A DNA stretch of 64,000 nt from Stegostoma tigrinum (taxonomy: Eukaryota): the NCBI RefSeq assembly GCF_030684315.1, contig NC_081396.1, forward strand, positions 3,782,001-3,846,000, in the 5' to 3' direction. Made by a program: the position numbers and the translations under genes. This document shows positions 26,100-35,631 of the stretch, piece by piece (position 1 is the first letter of the stretch; each line of letters opens with the position of its first letter). The notes beneath the pieces were generated by a model. It was not told the origin of the DNA, did no database searches, and was given only the letters and a program-made list of their open reading frames with translations.

Positions 26100-27700
26100 G
26101 ATTTTGCATGCACTGTACGAAATCAATTTGCAGTATATTGTGGGAAACAATTTCCGTTGAATAACTTAATGTAAATATTTCCTGTCAGGGCTGCTTTGCA
26201 ACGGTAGTGAATTTTTTTTTTTATGAACTGCTTTGCAATGAATGCTAAGTTTTCAGAATGTATGAATTGGGAATGTGTTTCTGCTGGGAGTTGCCTACCT
26301 TACCTGAAGTCTAAATAAATGATCATCACACTTCACTAATGTGAACAATATTCTTCAGATGGCTAAGTTGCATCAATTGGCAAAGTACATTATTTAATGT
26401 AAATATTACTCAATTTTATTGTTTGAAATAAGCAATGAGTTCTCAGACTCTGCAGTTACTTCTTCTGCAAAATTGTAAACTCTGCAGATGCCCCAACGCG
26501 TTGATATATAACACACTATCAGCATTTGCAGCAAGCGTTCACATGATGAGTTCATGCTTGGACAATTTTAATACATACGAACTCTAACTTTGGTCACATA
26601 ATCCCCGACATCAGTTGTGTCCAAATGAGTGATTTTTGAGTTGATATGACGTTATATAACGAAACTCTATATATTTACACGATCTGAATTGGGACAACAT
26701 AGAACACTGTGCCAATTAAATCACTCAGTTAAAAATTTGTTTTTATTCCCACAAACATAACATAATCAGGGATATAACAATTAATTAAAACAAGTTGCTT
26801 GTGACAATAATCAAAACAGTGAATTAGATCTGTTCTTCAGACATGTATTTTGGAAGAATTGATAATTAGTTTTTGCCAATTATCTTTCCCAGCCAGAAAT
26901 CTTGTTTGTAATATATGACGGAATTGAAAGGTGATTGTTGATCAACGTTGTGGCATTTTTGCTCAATATCAAGAATGAATAGAACATTATATTGTTGAAA
27001 TTCTGTTCGTCTTTCTCTGTGACTTCTGAACTATACAAGGAAAGATGTTGCAATTGAAATAGCTGATTGCAAGGCCTGGAATAGGCTATACTGCAACTAT
27101 TACATATCAGTAAAAATTGCTCCACAGGTTATCTGTTTTGCCTTAATTTCAAAACTTTTGCCATCTGCCTTTCACCTAATATTTGGCTTCAGGAAATTTC
27201 AACTCGAATGCCGTTTGCATTGGATTGGGAAACTCGAGAATTTCATTTCACCAGACATGTAAACAATGCGAAAACAATTTAGAAATCAGAAACTACTTCA
27301 CAAATATTACGACTTTGATGCCCCCAATCGTTTTCTCTTTTCAATGGAACAAAAATTGCTAAATCACAGCATTAAGTGAGAGGCATGTGTTTGCAGCAGA
27401 AACAGCTCCGCAGGCATTTTCAGCATAACTGTAACATCACAGAAGAAATCTCAAATTGGAATCCATCAAAGCTGCTCACCATTAAACAAGCTAATCATTA
27501 ACTTAGATAGAAATAAGAAGAGAGAGCAGCAGGCTTGTTTGCAAGGCGACTTCTGTAACAAAACATAAAGCCAAGGACATTTTAAAAATAAAATTTGAGC
27601 TGCATTTCAATTTATTTCCAACCTATTTACCTGTTCTATCATGTAAATTGTGAGCATTGTGCAGCAGAGCAGCTAGATTCATCTATCAATCATGACTTTA
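26100..27700. promoter_or_regulatory. Candidate J-C intronic enhancer (octamer variants plus E-boxes)
   Basis: ATGTAAAT at 26169, 26397 and 27641; TTTTGCAT 26102; GTTTGCAT 27213; CAGATGGC 26356; CAGATG 26485; CACATG 26540; GCCATCTG 27160; GTGGGAA 26140; no recognisable TE. Confidence 0.3.
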
Positions 27701-27896
27701 ATGTCAAAACAAGATCAGTTTACTGAACGCATATTAGCACATTTTCATTGTGCATTGTACTAACGTTATTCTCAGTTATGAAATTTGATCAATTAGGCAT
27801 TTTAAGATGTTCGTTCCAAATTGTATTTATTTGAGGCTAGTAAGAACAGATTTTACTTATTTTACAATTAGAACGCTTAAAAAAATCAATGCACTA

Positions 27897-28122
27897 ACAT
27901 ATCGAGGTGTAGAGCAGGATGAACATAGCAGGCCAAGCAGGATCATAGGAGCAGGGTAGCAGATGTTTTGGGCCGAGGCCCTTCTTCAGAAATTTGAAGA
28001 AGGGTCCAGGCCAGAAACATTAGCTTTCCTGCTCCTATGATTCTGCTTGGCCTGTTGTGTTCATCCAGCTCTGCACCTTGTTATCTCAGATTTCCTGGTA
28101 TCTGCAGTTCCTACGATCTCTG
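27897..28122. mobile_element. Penelope-derived hairpin element in the J-C intron
   Basis: ~90-bp inverted arms centred near 27991 (aggtgtagagcaggatgaac..gcccttcttcag / tgaagaagggtc..gttcatccagctctgcacct) plus an atctgcagttcc tail. Confidence 0.8.
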
Positions 28123-28399
28123 GCGGCACGGAAATTTTTTTTAAAGCCTCGAACCTTCCATTTGTCTGTGCTAAGTCTGTTTTCAGACAGTGCAAACGGA
28201 TATAATGATTTCAATCAATCAATGGGGCCACGGGAGATAAACAAAAGCAGAAAAGATGCAGGAAAAGCAAGGAACTTCGCAAATATTAGTAATTAAATGT
28301 AATCCAGGTGGGCAACCTCATCAAAAGGGAAATACAGAAAGCACCAATTACACAAAGCATGAAACCCATTTAAAACCCAGCTCTGTCATACAAAGTTAC

Positions 28400-28660
28400 T
28401 GAAAATCCAAACAACTGAATTCAACAGAGTCATGGAAAATAGAATCAGAATTCAATATACTCAAAACAGCGAATTCAATGAAAGAGAAACAGAATCCAAT
28501 CAACTTAATTCAACAAAATCAAATAAAACAAATTCAGAATCCGAAGAACTCAGTTCAACAGAACAAAGTAAAACAAACTCAGAATACAATCAGCTGATCA
28601 ACTGACTGAAATTATTGACATTCATTTCAGTTGTTCAAACTGATCAACTGAAGTCAACAG
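28400..28660. repeat. Degenerate ~45-bp tandem repeat 0.5-0.75 kb 3' of JH
   Basis: Recurring unit like cagaatccaatcaact(g/t)aattcaaca(g/a)aa..aaataaaacaaa(t/c)t at ~28404, 28490, 28535 and 28580. Confidence 0.6.
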
Positions 28661-29162
28661 AATGAACTCTCACACCGCAAAAAAATCGAGAGAATCTAAC
28701 GTGTTTATCACCAACAAAATTAACATCCTAAACTACAAAGTAAAATCACGACACGAATATAACATGTAGGAGAAATATATTGAAGAAATTGACAATAACG
28801 TTTCAGCATATTTTGTCTTTGTTTGTTTTTTAACACTTGTAAATTCTTAAAGTTTGTTCTCACTGGCATTAATCATTGTTTAAACGTTGTAATGTTCAAT
28901 GCACTTTTTTTTCAATTAGCCCATCCGAACACTATTGCCCTCCGATAAAAAAAATGAGAGAGACGCTGAATAACTGAATCTCTCACCAGCACTTTGTTTG
29001 TTTGCTGAGACTTAAATGAATTTTAAAATTACTTTACAGAAAATACAATTGGAACTAATCTTAACTCAGCACAGAATCCGAGCTTCATCTGAATCATAAA
29101 TTAACCTAATGAATAGAGCATTAACAAATATAACGGTTGCTAAGTAAGTACAAGTTTCTTAC

Positions 29163-29209
29163 CTGAAGTAACAGTCACCATGGTTCCTTGTCCCCAGTAT
29201 CCATATAGT
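29163..29209 (-). CDS. IGHJ: IgH joining segment (germline): LYGYWGQGTMVTVTS
   Basis: WGQGT motif, ending TCA G|gtaaga phase-1 donor; adjacent RSS. Confidence 0.97.
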
Positions 29210-29248
29210 CACAATGTTACATTCCCTGGACAGCGTCACACAATAACT
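29210..29248 (+). other. JH recombination signal sequence, 23-bp spacer
   Basis: CACAATG (29210-29216), 23 nt, ACAATAACT (29240-29248). Confidence 0.92.
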
Positions 29249-29572
29249 GGCTCTGCACAAAACAAGCAAAAACTGTCATTATTTTAAATCTTAATAACCA
29301 GAGGCAAAAGAAAATCACGACACATCTTCATTAAGTTATGAATGTGCAAATGGAGTCTGCTCATTCTTGCTAACAGATTCTAATATTTAACGCTCCTAAG
29401 AATAACACATGAAGTGATTGTCAATATCACCAATATTATCAATAATTATCGCCGATTTTATAAATTAAAACGTGATATTCGGGTAATACCCACAGAACTG
29501 ATACTGCACTGAACGTTCGGATGGTTTGTAAAAGTAAATGCTGACCCAATTTCTAACAATGAGAGATGAACG

Positions 29573-29600
29573 TGCTTATGTATTGATCGTATTGGCTGTG
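29573..29600 (-). other. D2 3' RSS, 12-bp spacer
   Basis: CACAGCC (29600-29594), 12 nt, ACATAAGCA (29581-29573). Confidence 0.8.
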
Positions 29601-29614
29601 CTACCCCAGTGTGT
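29601..29614 (-). other. IgH diversity segment D2 (ACACACTGGGGTAG)
   Basis: 14 nt flanked by 12/12 RSS; shark D2-type CTGGG..TAG core. Confidence 0.88.
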
Positions 29615-29642
29615 CACTGTGAGATGCATGATATCAAATTCT
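29615..29642 (+). other. D2 5' RSS, 12-bp spacer
   Basis: CACTGTG (29615-29621), 12 nt, TCAAATTCT (29634-29642). Confidence 0.75.
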
Positions 29643-29962
29643 ATGGCGGGCTGTACACCGTAAAATACAGATGCCTAAGTTCACTGAATCCTGAAAAAAA
29701 AAAAGAACCGGTTCAGGCTCCTCTACAAAAAATGCTGCAATGAAAAAGCTTAGATTTTACTTCCCATTGTATTTTTAAAGGTTCTTGGAATATAATTTGA
29801 TGGTAAGTGTGCGTTCAACGTGTCCATCTATTCGATTAAAGTAGAAGAATTCTGTACATTTCTACAAACGAGCTTTACTTGTCTGTATTTTAATTAAGTC
29901 TGATATTATTTGTCCCTCCTGCTATGGCCGTAGTCGCCAATTTGAACGAAACACTTGCCAGT

Positions 29963-30000
29963 AGTTTCTGAACGACGATGCCATTGTTCACATCACTGTG
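29963..30000 (-). other. D1 3' RSS, 22-bp spacer
   Basis: CACAGTG (30000-29994), 22 nt, TCAGAAACT (29971-29963). Confidence 0.88.
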
Positions 30001-30014
30001 ACCCACTGTTGTAT
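30001..30014 (-). other. IgH diversity segment D1 (ATACAACAGTGGGT)
   Basis: 14 nt between two perfect heptamers; 12/22 RSS as in shark IgM D1; open in all three frames (IQQW, YNSG, TTVG). Confidence 0.93.
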
Positions 30015-30042
30015 CACAGTGATGTAAACCCGCACAGAAACT
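30015..30042 (+). other. D1 5' RSS, 12-bp spacer
   Basis: CACAGTG (30015-30021), 12 nt, ACAGAAACT (30034-30042). Confidence 0.93.
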
Positions 30043-30412
30043 TCCCTCATTGTTTGTTCTATATTCTGTGTCAGTTTTGATGTGAAAAATAGATTTAGTA
30101 CTGATCATTGTGGAATGAATGCCATAGCTTGCATAACACAATTAGTAGAGATTTCCCGAGGTTACAGATATATTCAAATTAACGTAATGTCCAAATCTTT
30201 AATTGTTGAAACATTTAGCAGTACGTACGACAAGCCTATAACTTCATACCCTATTTTATTGGTTGTTTGTAAGTTTAAATTGTTCATTTCCTCGGTGAAC
30301 GTTTTGTAAGACACAGTTTGAGGTCTACTTAACATTATAGTTGTGAATGTCACATTGAAAACAAGTACTCACCGTTAGTTTACAGTTCTATCTACAAAGT
30401 GTCTCCTGGAGC

Positions 30413-30451
30413 TGTTTTTGTACGTGTCCAGCCATTGTTCCTCACTCTGTG
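30413..30451 (-). other. VH RSS, 23-bp spacer
   Basis: CACAGAG (30451-30445), 23 nt, ACAAAAACA (30421-30413). Confidence 0.93.
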
Positions 30452-30756
30452 ATCTCTTGCACAGTAATAGATGGCGGTGTCTTCGAACTTCAGGCTCTTC
30501 ATGTCCAACGCGAAGATGTTGTTTGATGTGTCTTTGGACGCAGTGAATCGATCTTTAATCGCTGGCGCATAGTTATTGTTCGATGAACTATAGTAGTAAA
30601 CTAACCACTCCAGACCCTGTCCAGGCACCTGCCGGACCCAATACATAGAGTAGCTGCCAAGGTCGATCCCGCTGGTTTTACAGGTCAGTGTCAGGGAGCC
30701 TCCAAGCTGGCTGTTCTCTGCCTCTGGCTGAGTCAAAGTGACCTCCGAATGGACAC
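30452..30756 (-). CDS. IGHV: IgM VH exon (germline, open)
   Basis: ttttgaag|GT GTC CAT TCG.. gives [60 protein letters not shown]. Confidence 0.98.
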
Positions 30757-30883
30757 CTTCAAAAAGAAAATAAAATACAGTCAGTTTTACTGATGAAATG
30801 ATTCCTGCATCTTTTTCATTCCAGAAGTAGACAAACACTTAAATGATAACAAACAGAAACTTGTAGGAAAAAAAAGAACTCAC

Positions 30884-30932
30884 AGGATAAGAAAGTCAGA
30901 AACAAACTGAGAAAAATCATCGACGTAGTCAT
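30884..30932 (-). CDS. IGHV: VH leader exon (MTTSMIFLSLFLTFLS + 1 nt)
   Basis: ATG at 30932, hydrophobic 16 codons, T|gtgagt donor; 127-nt intron; T+GT gives Cys in frame with V. Confidence 0.95.
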
Positions 30933-31020
30933 TCTGGTAACTTGGGAGAAAAGGTTCTGTCAAGAACTTTCTAAACACACCCCAGATCGAAGAGTGTTGA
31001 ATGAAGGTGCAGTGACCAGA

Positions 31021-31136
31021 ATTTATATGCTCATCAGAGGGGGCAGGTTTTGAGGCTCCACCTGTTGGCTGGAGGCTGTGACCAGATCTTCGTACCACCT
31101 CCTACAGCCCTCACAGATGGGCTAATATATTTACAT
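31021..31136 (-). promoter_or_regulatory. VH promoter: TATA box, E-boxes, variant octamer
   Basis: TATAAAT at 31027-31021 (~90 nt above ATG); CACCTG 31059-31064; CAGATG 31114-31119; ATGTAAAT at 31136-31129. Confidence 0.6.
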
Positions 31137-31449
31137 GAGTTTATTTTTAAACATGGACATCTTTCCGTCTTGGGATATTTGTTTTGCTGTACATCTTGAT
31201 TGGACATATTTTTAGTTATCAAAGTAGTATTAAACAGCTTCTGCTCTGGTTCAGATGACAACTTTTATTATTTTATTTCAGACAGCAAAGCTTTCAATTG
31301 GAAATTAAATCCCTTTATATCTTGAAATTCATTGAAAAGTGAATAAATATGTACCAAATATTAAAAAATATTATCAGCCAATAAAATTGCTGACTCTTTT
31401 CGTAGACACTCCATATCTCTGTCACACAACAAAACAGCATATAATTCAG

Positions 31450-31652
31450 AACAGGTGTTCCATAATTCAAGTTTGACATCTTATGATGGACCATGTCCAC
31501 AATGATTGTGCTGAGAATATCTTGAATGAGTTGAAACAGTTTGCACTCAGAGATGAGATAAAGTTCCTTTCCTTGCAGAACATCTCTCCTTTAGTCTTCA
31601 TCAAATTGGTCCGGCTGAACATCATCGTTTGAAAATGCGCAGCCAAGGAAAA
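31450..31652 (-). pseudogene. Possible TM-exon relic of the upstream Ig-like pseudogene
   Basis: Acceptor tatcactaatgcag|TT, phase-1 FLGCAFSNDDVQPDQFDED* (Cys plus acidic spacer), later ILSTIIVDMV; very degenerate. Confidence 0.25.
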
Positions 31653-32153
31653 CTGCATTAGTGATAAATAAACAGTGAGTTTTCACTCAAACATTACACT
31701 CAGATTGACTTTTGAAAGGTAATCCAATGAATCAAAACAAACCAGTCGCTAAATTAAAAAAGAATCGCCGTGGAATCCAAATAACCTATGGTAACCGTGT
31801 GTGCACATCTGGAGCACATAGTCAGTTAGAGAGTATACAATCATTGAAACTAATGCAGGCCTTTAACAGTTCATTTCTGTGCTCATTGGAAGGTATGAGA
31901 GGTCCTATTAAATAATAGACATTCGCAAAAATTAAGTGTTACATTACACCAGCGTCAAACATTTATAAAGGGCCCATTCAATTTAAAAGATCAGAGAATG
32001 CTACAACAAGGTATCCGAGATCTAACCAACTAAATTTTCAAAATGTACTTTGAGATGATAACGAATGTCACTGCAAAGCAAGTTTGGATCCATTGATTTC
32101 ACATTATAGAACTTTCAAATCGTTAATAAACAGCTTAAGTATCTCGAACGACC

Positions 32154-32520
32154 TTTATTTGGAAGTGGTAAAAAATTACTGGCGTGCAGTAAATTTCCAG
32201 TTTTCTCATAGCCACCCAGTGAATGTTGTGTTCAATGGCCTTTTTTCAAATAAGACATGCTAAGTGACATTGATCGTTTTGTGCAAATGGCAAATTATAA
32301 TGTGTTTGGTGATGTTTTATCTGAGTTGATTCATATGGCTTTAATTTGCAAAGCACAATATCTGGCAGAAATCTAACCGACAGCAGAAAAAGACCCTGGA
32401 TTTCAAAGTGTCATTTAATAGAAGAATCTGCAGTGTCTGGAGTAAATCAGAGATTTTTCTTTTCGTTACCATTGACTGCTTCATGGAAAACCAGTTTCAA
32501 AACATACACAGCAACTCTGC
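32154..32520 (-). pseudogene. C1-set exon relic with possible secretory tail and AATAAA
   Basis: One frame reads VCFETGFP*SSQW*RKEK..NPGSFSAVG*IS; after frameshifts CKL/SHMNQLR*NITK..HKTINVT; AATAAA at 32159-32154. Confidence 0.4.
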
Positions 32521-32695
32521 ATAAACAAATAAACCAAGCACTAATGTAGGAGAAAATTTCATTTTACAATTGTGTCGCTTTCTTGTGACAGGAAATATGT
32601 GCACATTGTCAGACACTATGGCGAGATGCACTATCCCGTGGAGGATCGCTACAGCACATTATGATTTTAAGGTAGATTTCTGGATCGGAAGGCAG

Positions 32696-32758
32696 GTAGA
32701 TAGACACATCGATAGATAGACAGATAGATAGACAGACAGGTAGATAGATAGATAGATA
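32696..32758. repeat. Imperfect (GATA/GACA)n microsatellite
   Basis: Read directly; abuts a CR1 3' tail. Confidence 0.9.
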
Positions 32759-32759
32759 T

Positions 32760-33800
32760 TCAGAGAACCAAAGAGTCAAAACACACAAGAACAGATCCTT
32801 TAGTCCAACCAGCCCATACCAACCATAATTCCAAACTAAACTAGATGCAGCTGCCTGTGCTTGGCTCATATCCTTCAAAACAGTCCTGATTCATCAACTT
32901 GTGCAAGTGACTTTTCAAAGTTGTAACTCTACCTGTAATAAACACTTAGTATGGAAGGTCAGTGGAGATACAAACAGCTTTCTGCATGAAAAAGTTGTCT
33001 CTCTAGACTTTTTGAAAAAAAAGTACTTTTTCCTCCCACGTTTAAAATAATTCCCAAACCATGTAATTTGCCCATCCCAGGGAAAAGACACCTGCCATTA
33101 CTCTTATCTATACCCCTCACGACTTTAAGAACATTTATAAAGACACCATTTCACCTCCTATGCTCTCACAGAAGAAGTCTCAGTTCATTCAGACCCTCAA
33201 TATAACTAAATCTCTCGAATCCAAGCCAAATCCTGGACAATACTTTCCCAACACTCTCCACTGAATAATATATTTTCTATAACAAGGAGACCACAACTGG
33301 ACATATGAGCCTGGAAGAGTCCTCAAGAATGTCATGTACAATATCCACATGACTTCCCAGCTGCTATGCTCAAAATGACTGAGCAATGAAGGCAAGCTTG
33401 ACACACACCTTTTTAACCTTTCTTTGATGCAAGCATCAATGAATTATGATCCTTAACCACGAAACTCTCTGTTCGATTGAAATCCAGCTGCACTCTTAAG
33501 CTCATTGGTCTTATTGATCAAGATCCCTTTGAAATCTTAAATAACGTACCTCATTGTCCATGAAATCAGCAATTTTGATATCAACCATCCAAATGTTAAA
33601 AATGCCTTCTAGTTTAATCTGGAAATCTCTCACATAAATAGGAAACAAATGTGCACCCAGCACCGATCCCTATGGAACATCAAAAGTAAGAAGCGACCAG
33701 TCCAAAATGGAGCCCTCCACCGTCAATGTCTGTCACTTGCCGTTTAGCCAATTGTGCATCCAAATGGTAAGTTCACCCATAATACCATGTGATCTAGATG
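32760..33800 (-). mobile_element. CR1-type LINE 3' portion
   Basis: ORF 33189-33404 WEVMWILYMTFLR..YVQLWSPCYRKYI is the CR1 ORF2 C-terminus; gtgcacccagcaccgatccc is the PQGSVLG region in reverse. Confidence 0.8.
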
Positions 33801-34143
33801 GAAGAATAGAAATAGAGACAGACAAAAAAAAAATGAATGGATGCATGAACGACTAGATGGAATAACTTGTGAATTTCTTGATTTATCTGAAAATGACATT
33901 GTCTTCGAAACTCTAAATTTTGTTTTCCAGCTCCTATTCTCGAGGCAGGACAATTACTTTTAAAATGTGTCAGCCTATTACCTTCTTTTCTTCCACAGTC
34001 TCATGAAAATTAAAATACCACAAGTGTCCTGAAATGACAAAATGAATTTCATCAATAGCAACTTGAATATCCACCTGTAGTGCTCATGATTGTTCTCTGC
34101 TGATTGTAAATCTGCATCTCAAAGATACAAAACGGGCACTCAC

Positions 34144-34470
34144 CGATATTCAGAGGAATCATATCAATGTTTCACATATGTGGCTCAGTTGCAGTACAAT
34201 CAACATATCTTCACCAAATTTACTTCAATCACATCAAAAGTGGATGCTCATTGCATTTGTGCTTTGTTACTGTGATATGCGAACATTTCAATTGCCCTTT
34301 TTCACGGAGTTGCCCCTCTGATTTGAGACTTGATGAGCATTTTGAGACTGGAATATTGATGGGGAAAGCCTCCAACAATGCACCAACATGAGAATATTGG
34401 TGAATAACCTGCTGGGCGGATTTCTGATTTGTTTTCATTGAAAACGGAAGATCTTTTTAAAGTGTTTCAT
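34144..34470 (-). pseudogene. C1-set constant exon relic
   Basis: Across frameshifts: QIRNPPSRLFTNILML/CIVGGF/PINIPVS..ASTFDVIEVN/W*RYVDCTATEPH..LNI G|gtgagt; Cys codons at 34382 and 34198 are ~61 codons apart, as in CH4. Confidence 0.5.
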
Positions 34471-34859
34471 AGTAAAGAAAAATCAGTAATTATTATTGAT
34501 CAGTAATTTCTGAAGTGATTTCGGAAATAGCTGAAAATTTGATCAATACTAATCACTCCTCCCCACTTTCAGAGGCTCTCTCCCATATCCTAAGATTGTC
34601 AAACCAATTTGTGTGCAGTTTCAATTTGTCTTGAAAAAGCAACTAATAACAATGACTGTTTCAGCTTCAATGAACAGAAGGAGGGAAATACGAGCAAAAA
34701 TGCAATTCCAGTCTATCATTATTTCATAGACCACCATATTGGAAAGCAATTAACATTCCTTAAAATTTTCACCATTCTGAAATATCAATACGAAATTAGA
34801 ATTTCCTTCATCATGCACCATTTCAGTACTTTCAGAGTTCCATAATTTCTATTTTCTAA

Positions 34860-35149
34860 AACCATTGGTTCCTGGCAACTGATTGGTGTCTCCCGTTTCA
34901 GTAATGATTGCGAACATTGCAATCACTTTAAATTAGTTGGTAAACAGCAACCTATTTTTGATCTCCAATCAGCAGACTGATAAAATGCATTTTTGAATCA
35001 AAGAAGATAAGCTAGGTTGCCCACAATTCCGTTGAATTTCTGTATAGTTTGACGTGAGACCTATGATATGTTTTGCTTCTTATAGTGGAATTCCAAGAAG
35101 AATAGAGCTAATGTGGATTTGGCTTCAAGGCCACATTCACAGTCAGTGC
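34860..35149 (-). pseudogene. C1-set constant exon relic
   Basis: Strong acceptor tttactctgtttctccag|GC (phase 1); single frame GTDCECGLEAKSTLALFFLEFHYKKQNIS* (TAG at the Trp position)..QSADWRSKIGCC. Confidence 0.35.
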
Positions 35150-35169
35150 CTGGAGAAACAGAGTAAAAC

Positions 35170-35480
35170 AGAAGACTGGAGCAAGAGAAAACCATTCTAC
35201 TAATTGAGCCTGCTCCTTTAATCATCACGATCAGGGTTTGCCATCCAACCATGCTTTCAGCCATAGCCTATGACCCCAGTTGCCACAGTCGCTATATATA
35301 ACCACCTCTTGAATGCATCCAATGTTTTGCAATCAACATTTTCGTGTTGTAATGAATTCCAAAGGCTCACCACTCTTCAAGAGCACAAATGTCTTCTCAT
35401 CTCAGTCGATGTTCTACCCGAATTATTGGATTATGACCCCTGGTTCTTGAAACATCCAACATCGGGGAGTCCTCCCAGCA
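35170..35480 (-). mobile_element. CR1-type LINE 3' fragment
   Basis: agaagactggagcaag..gagcctgctcc..aatgaattccaaaggctcaccactct..ttatgacccctggttct. Confidence 0.6.
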
Positions 35481-35631
35481 GTATCAGGAAGGTTGCACAA
35501 GGGTGGTCATTGGGAAATGCACAGTCAATCTGAGTTACAAATGCATCCACAAGTTGCTGTTCAGACATTGAATATGTAGGCTTCATGTTATTCATGTCTT
35601 CTTGATGTTTGTATGCGCTGGCAGTAATTAT

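Noticed and set aside
28400-28660. CRISPR-like or coding repeat
   Set aside because: Vertebrate DNA; units are degenerate and contiguous with no unique spacers
19152-29162. Classical mammalian-type switch region or additional functional J/D segments
   Set aside because: I saw no kb-scale GAGCT/GGGGT arrays and no further WGxG+RSS; the 197-N gap cannot be assessed
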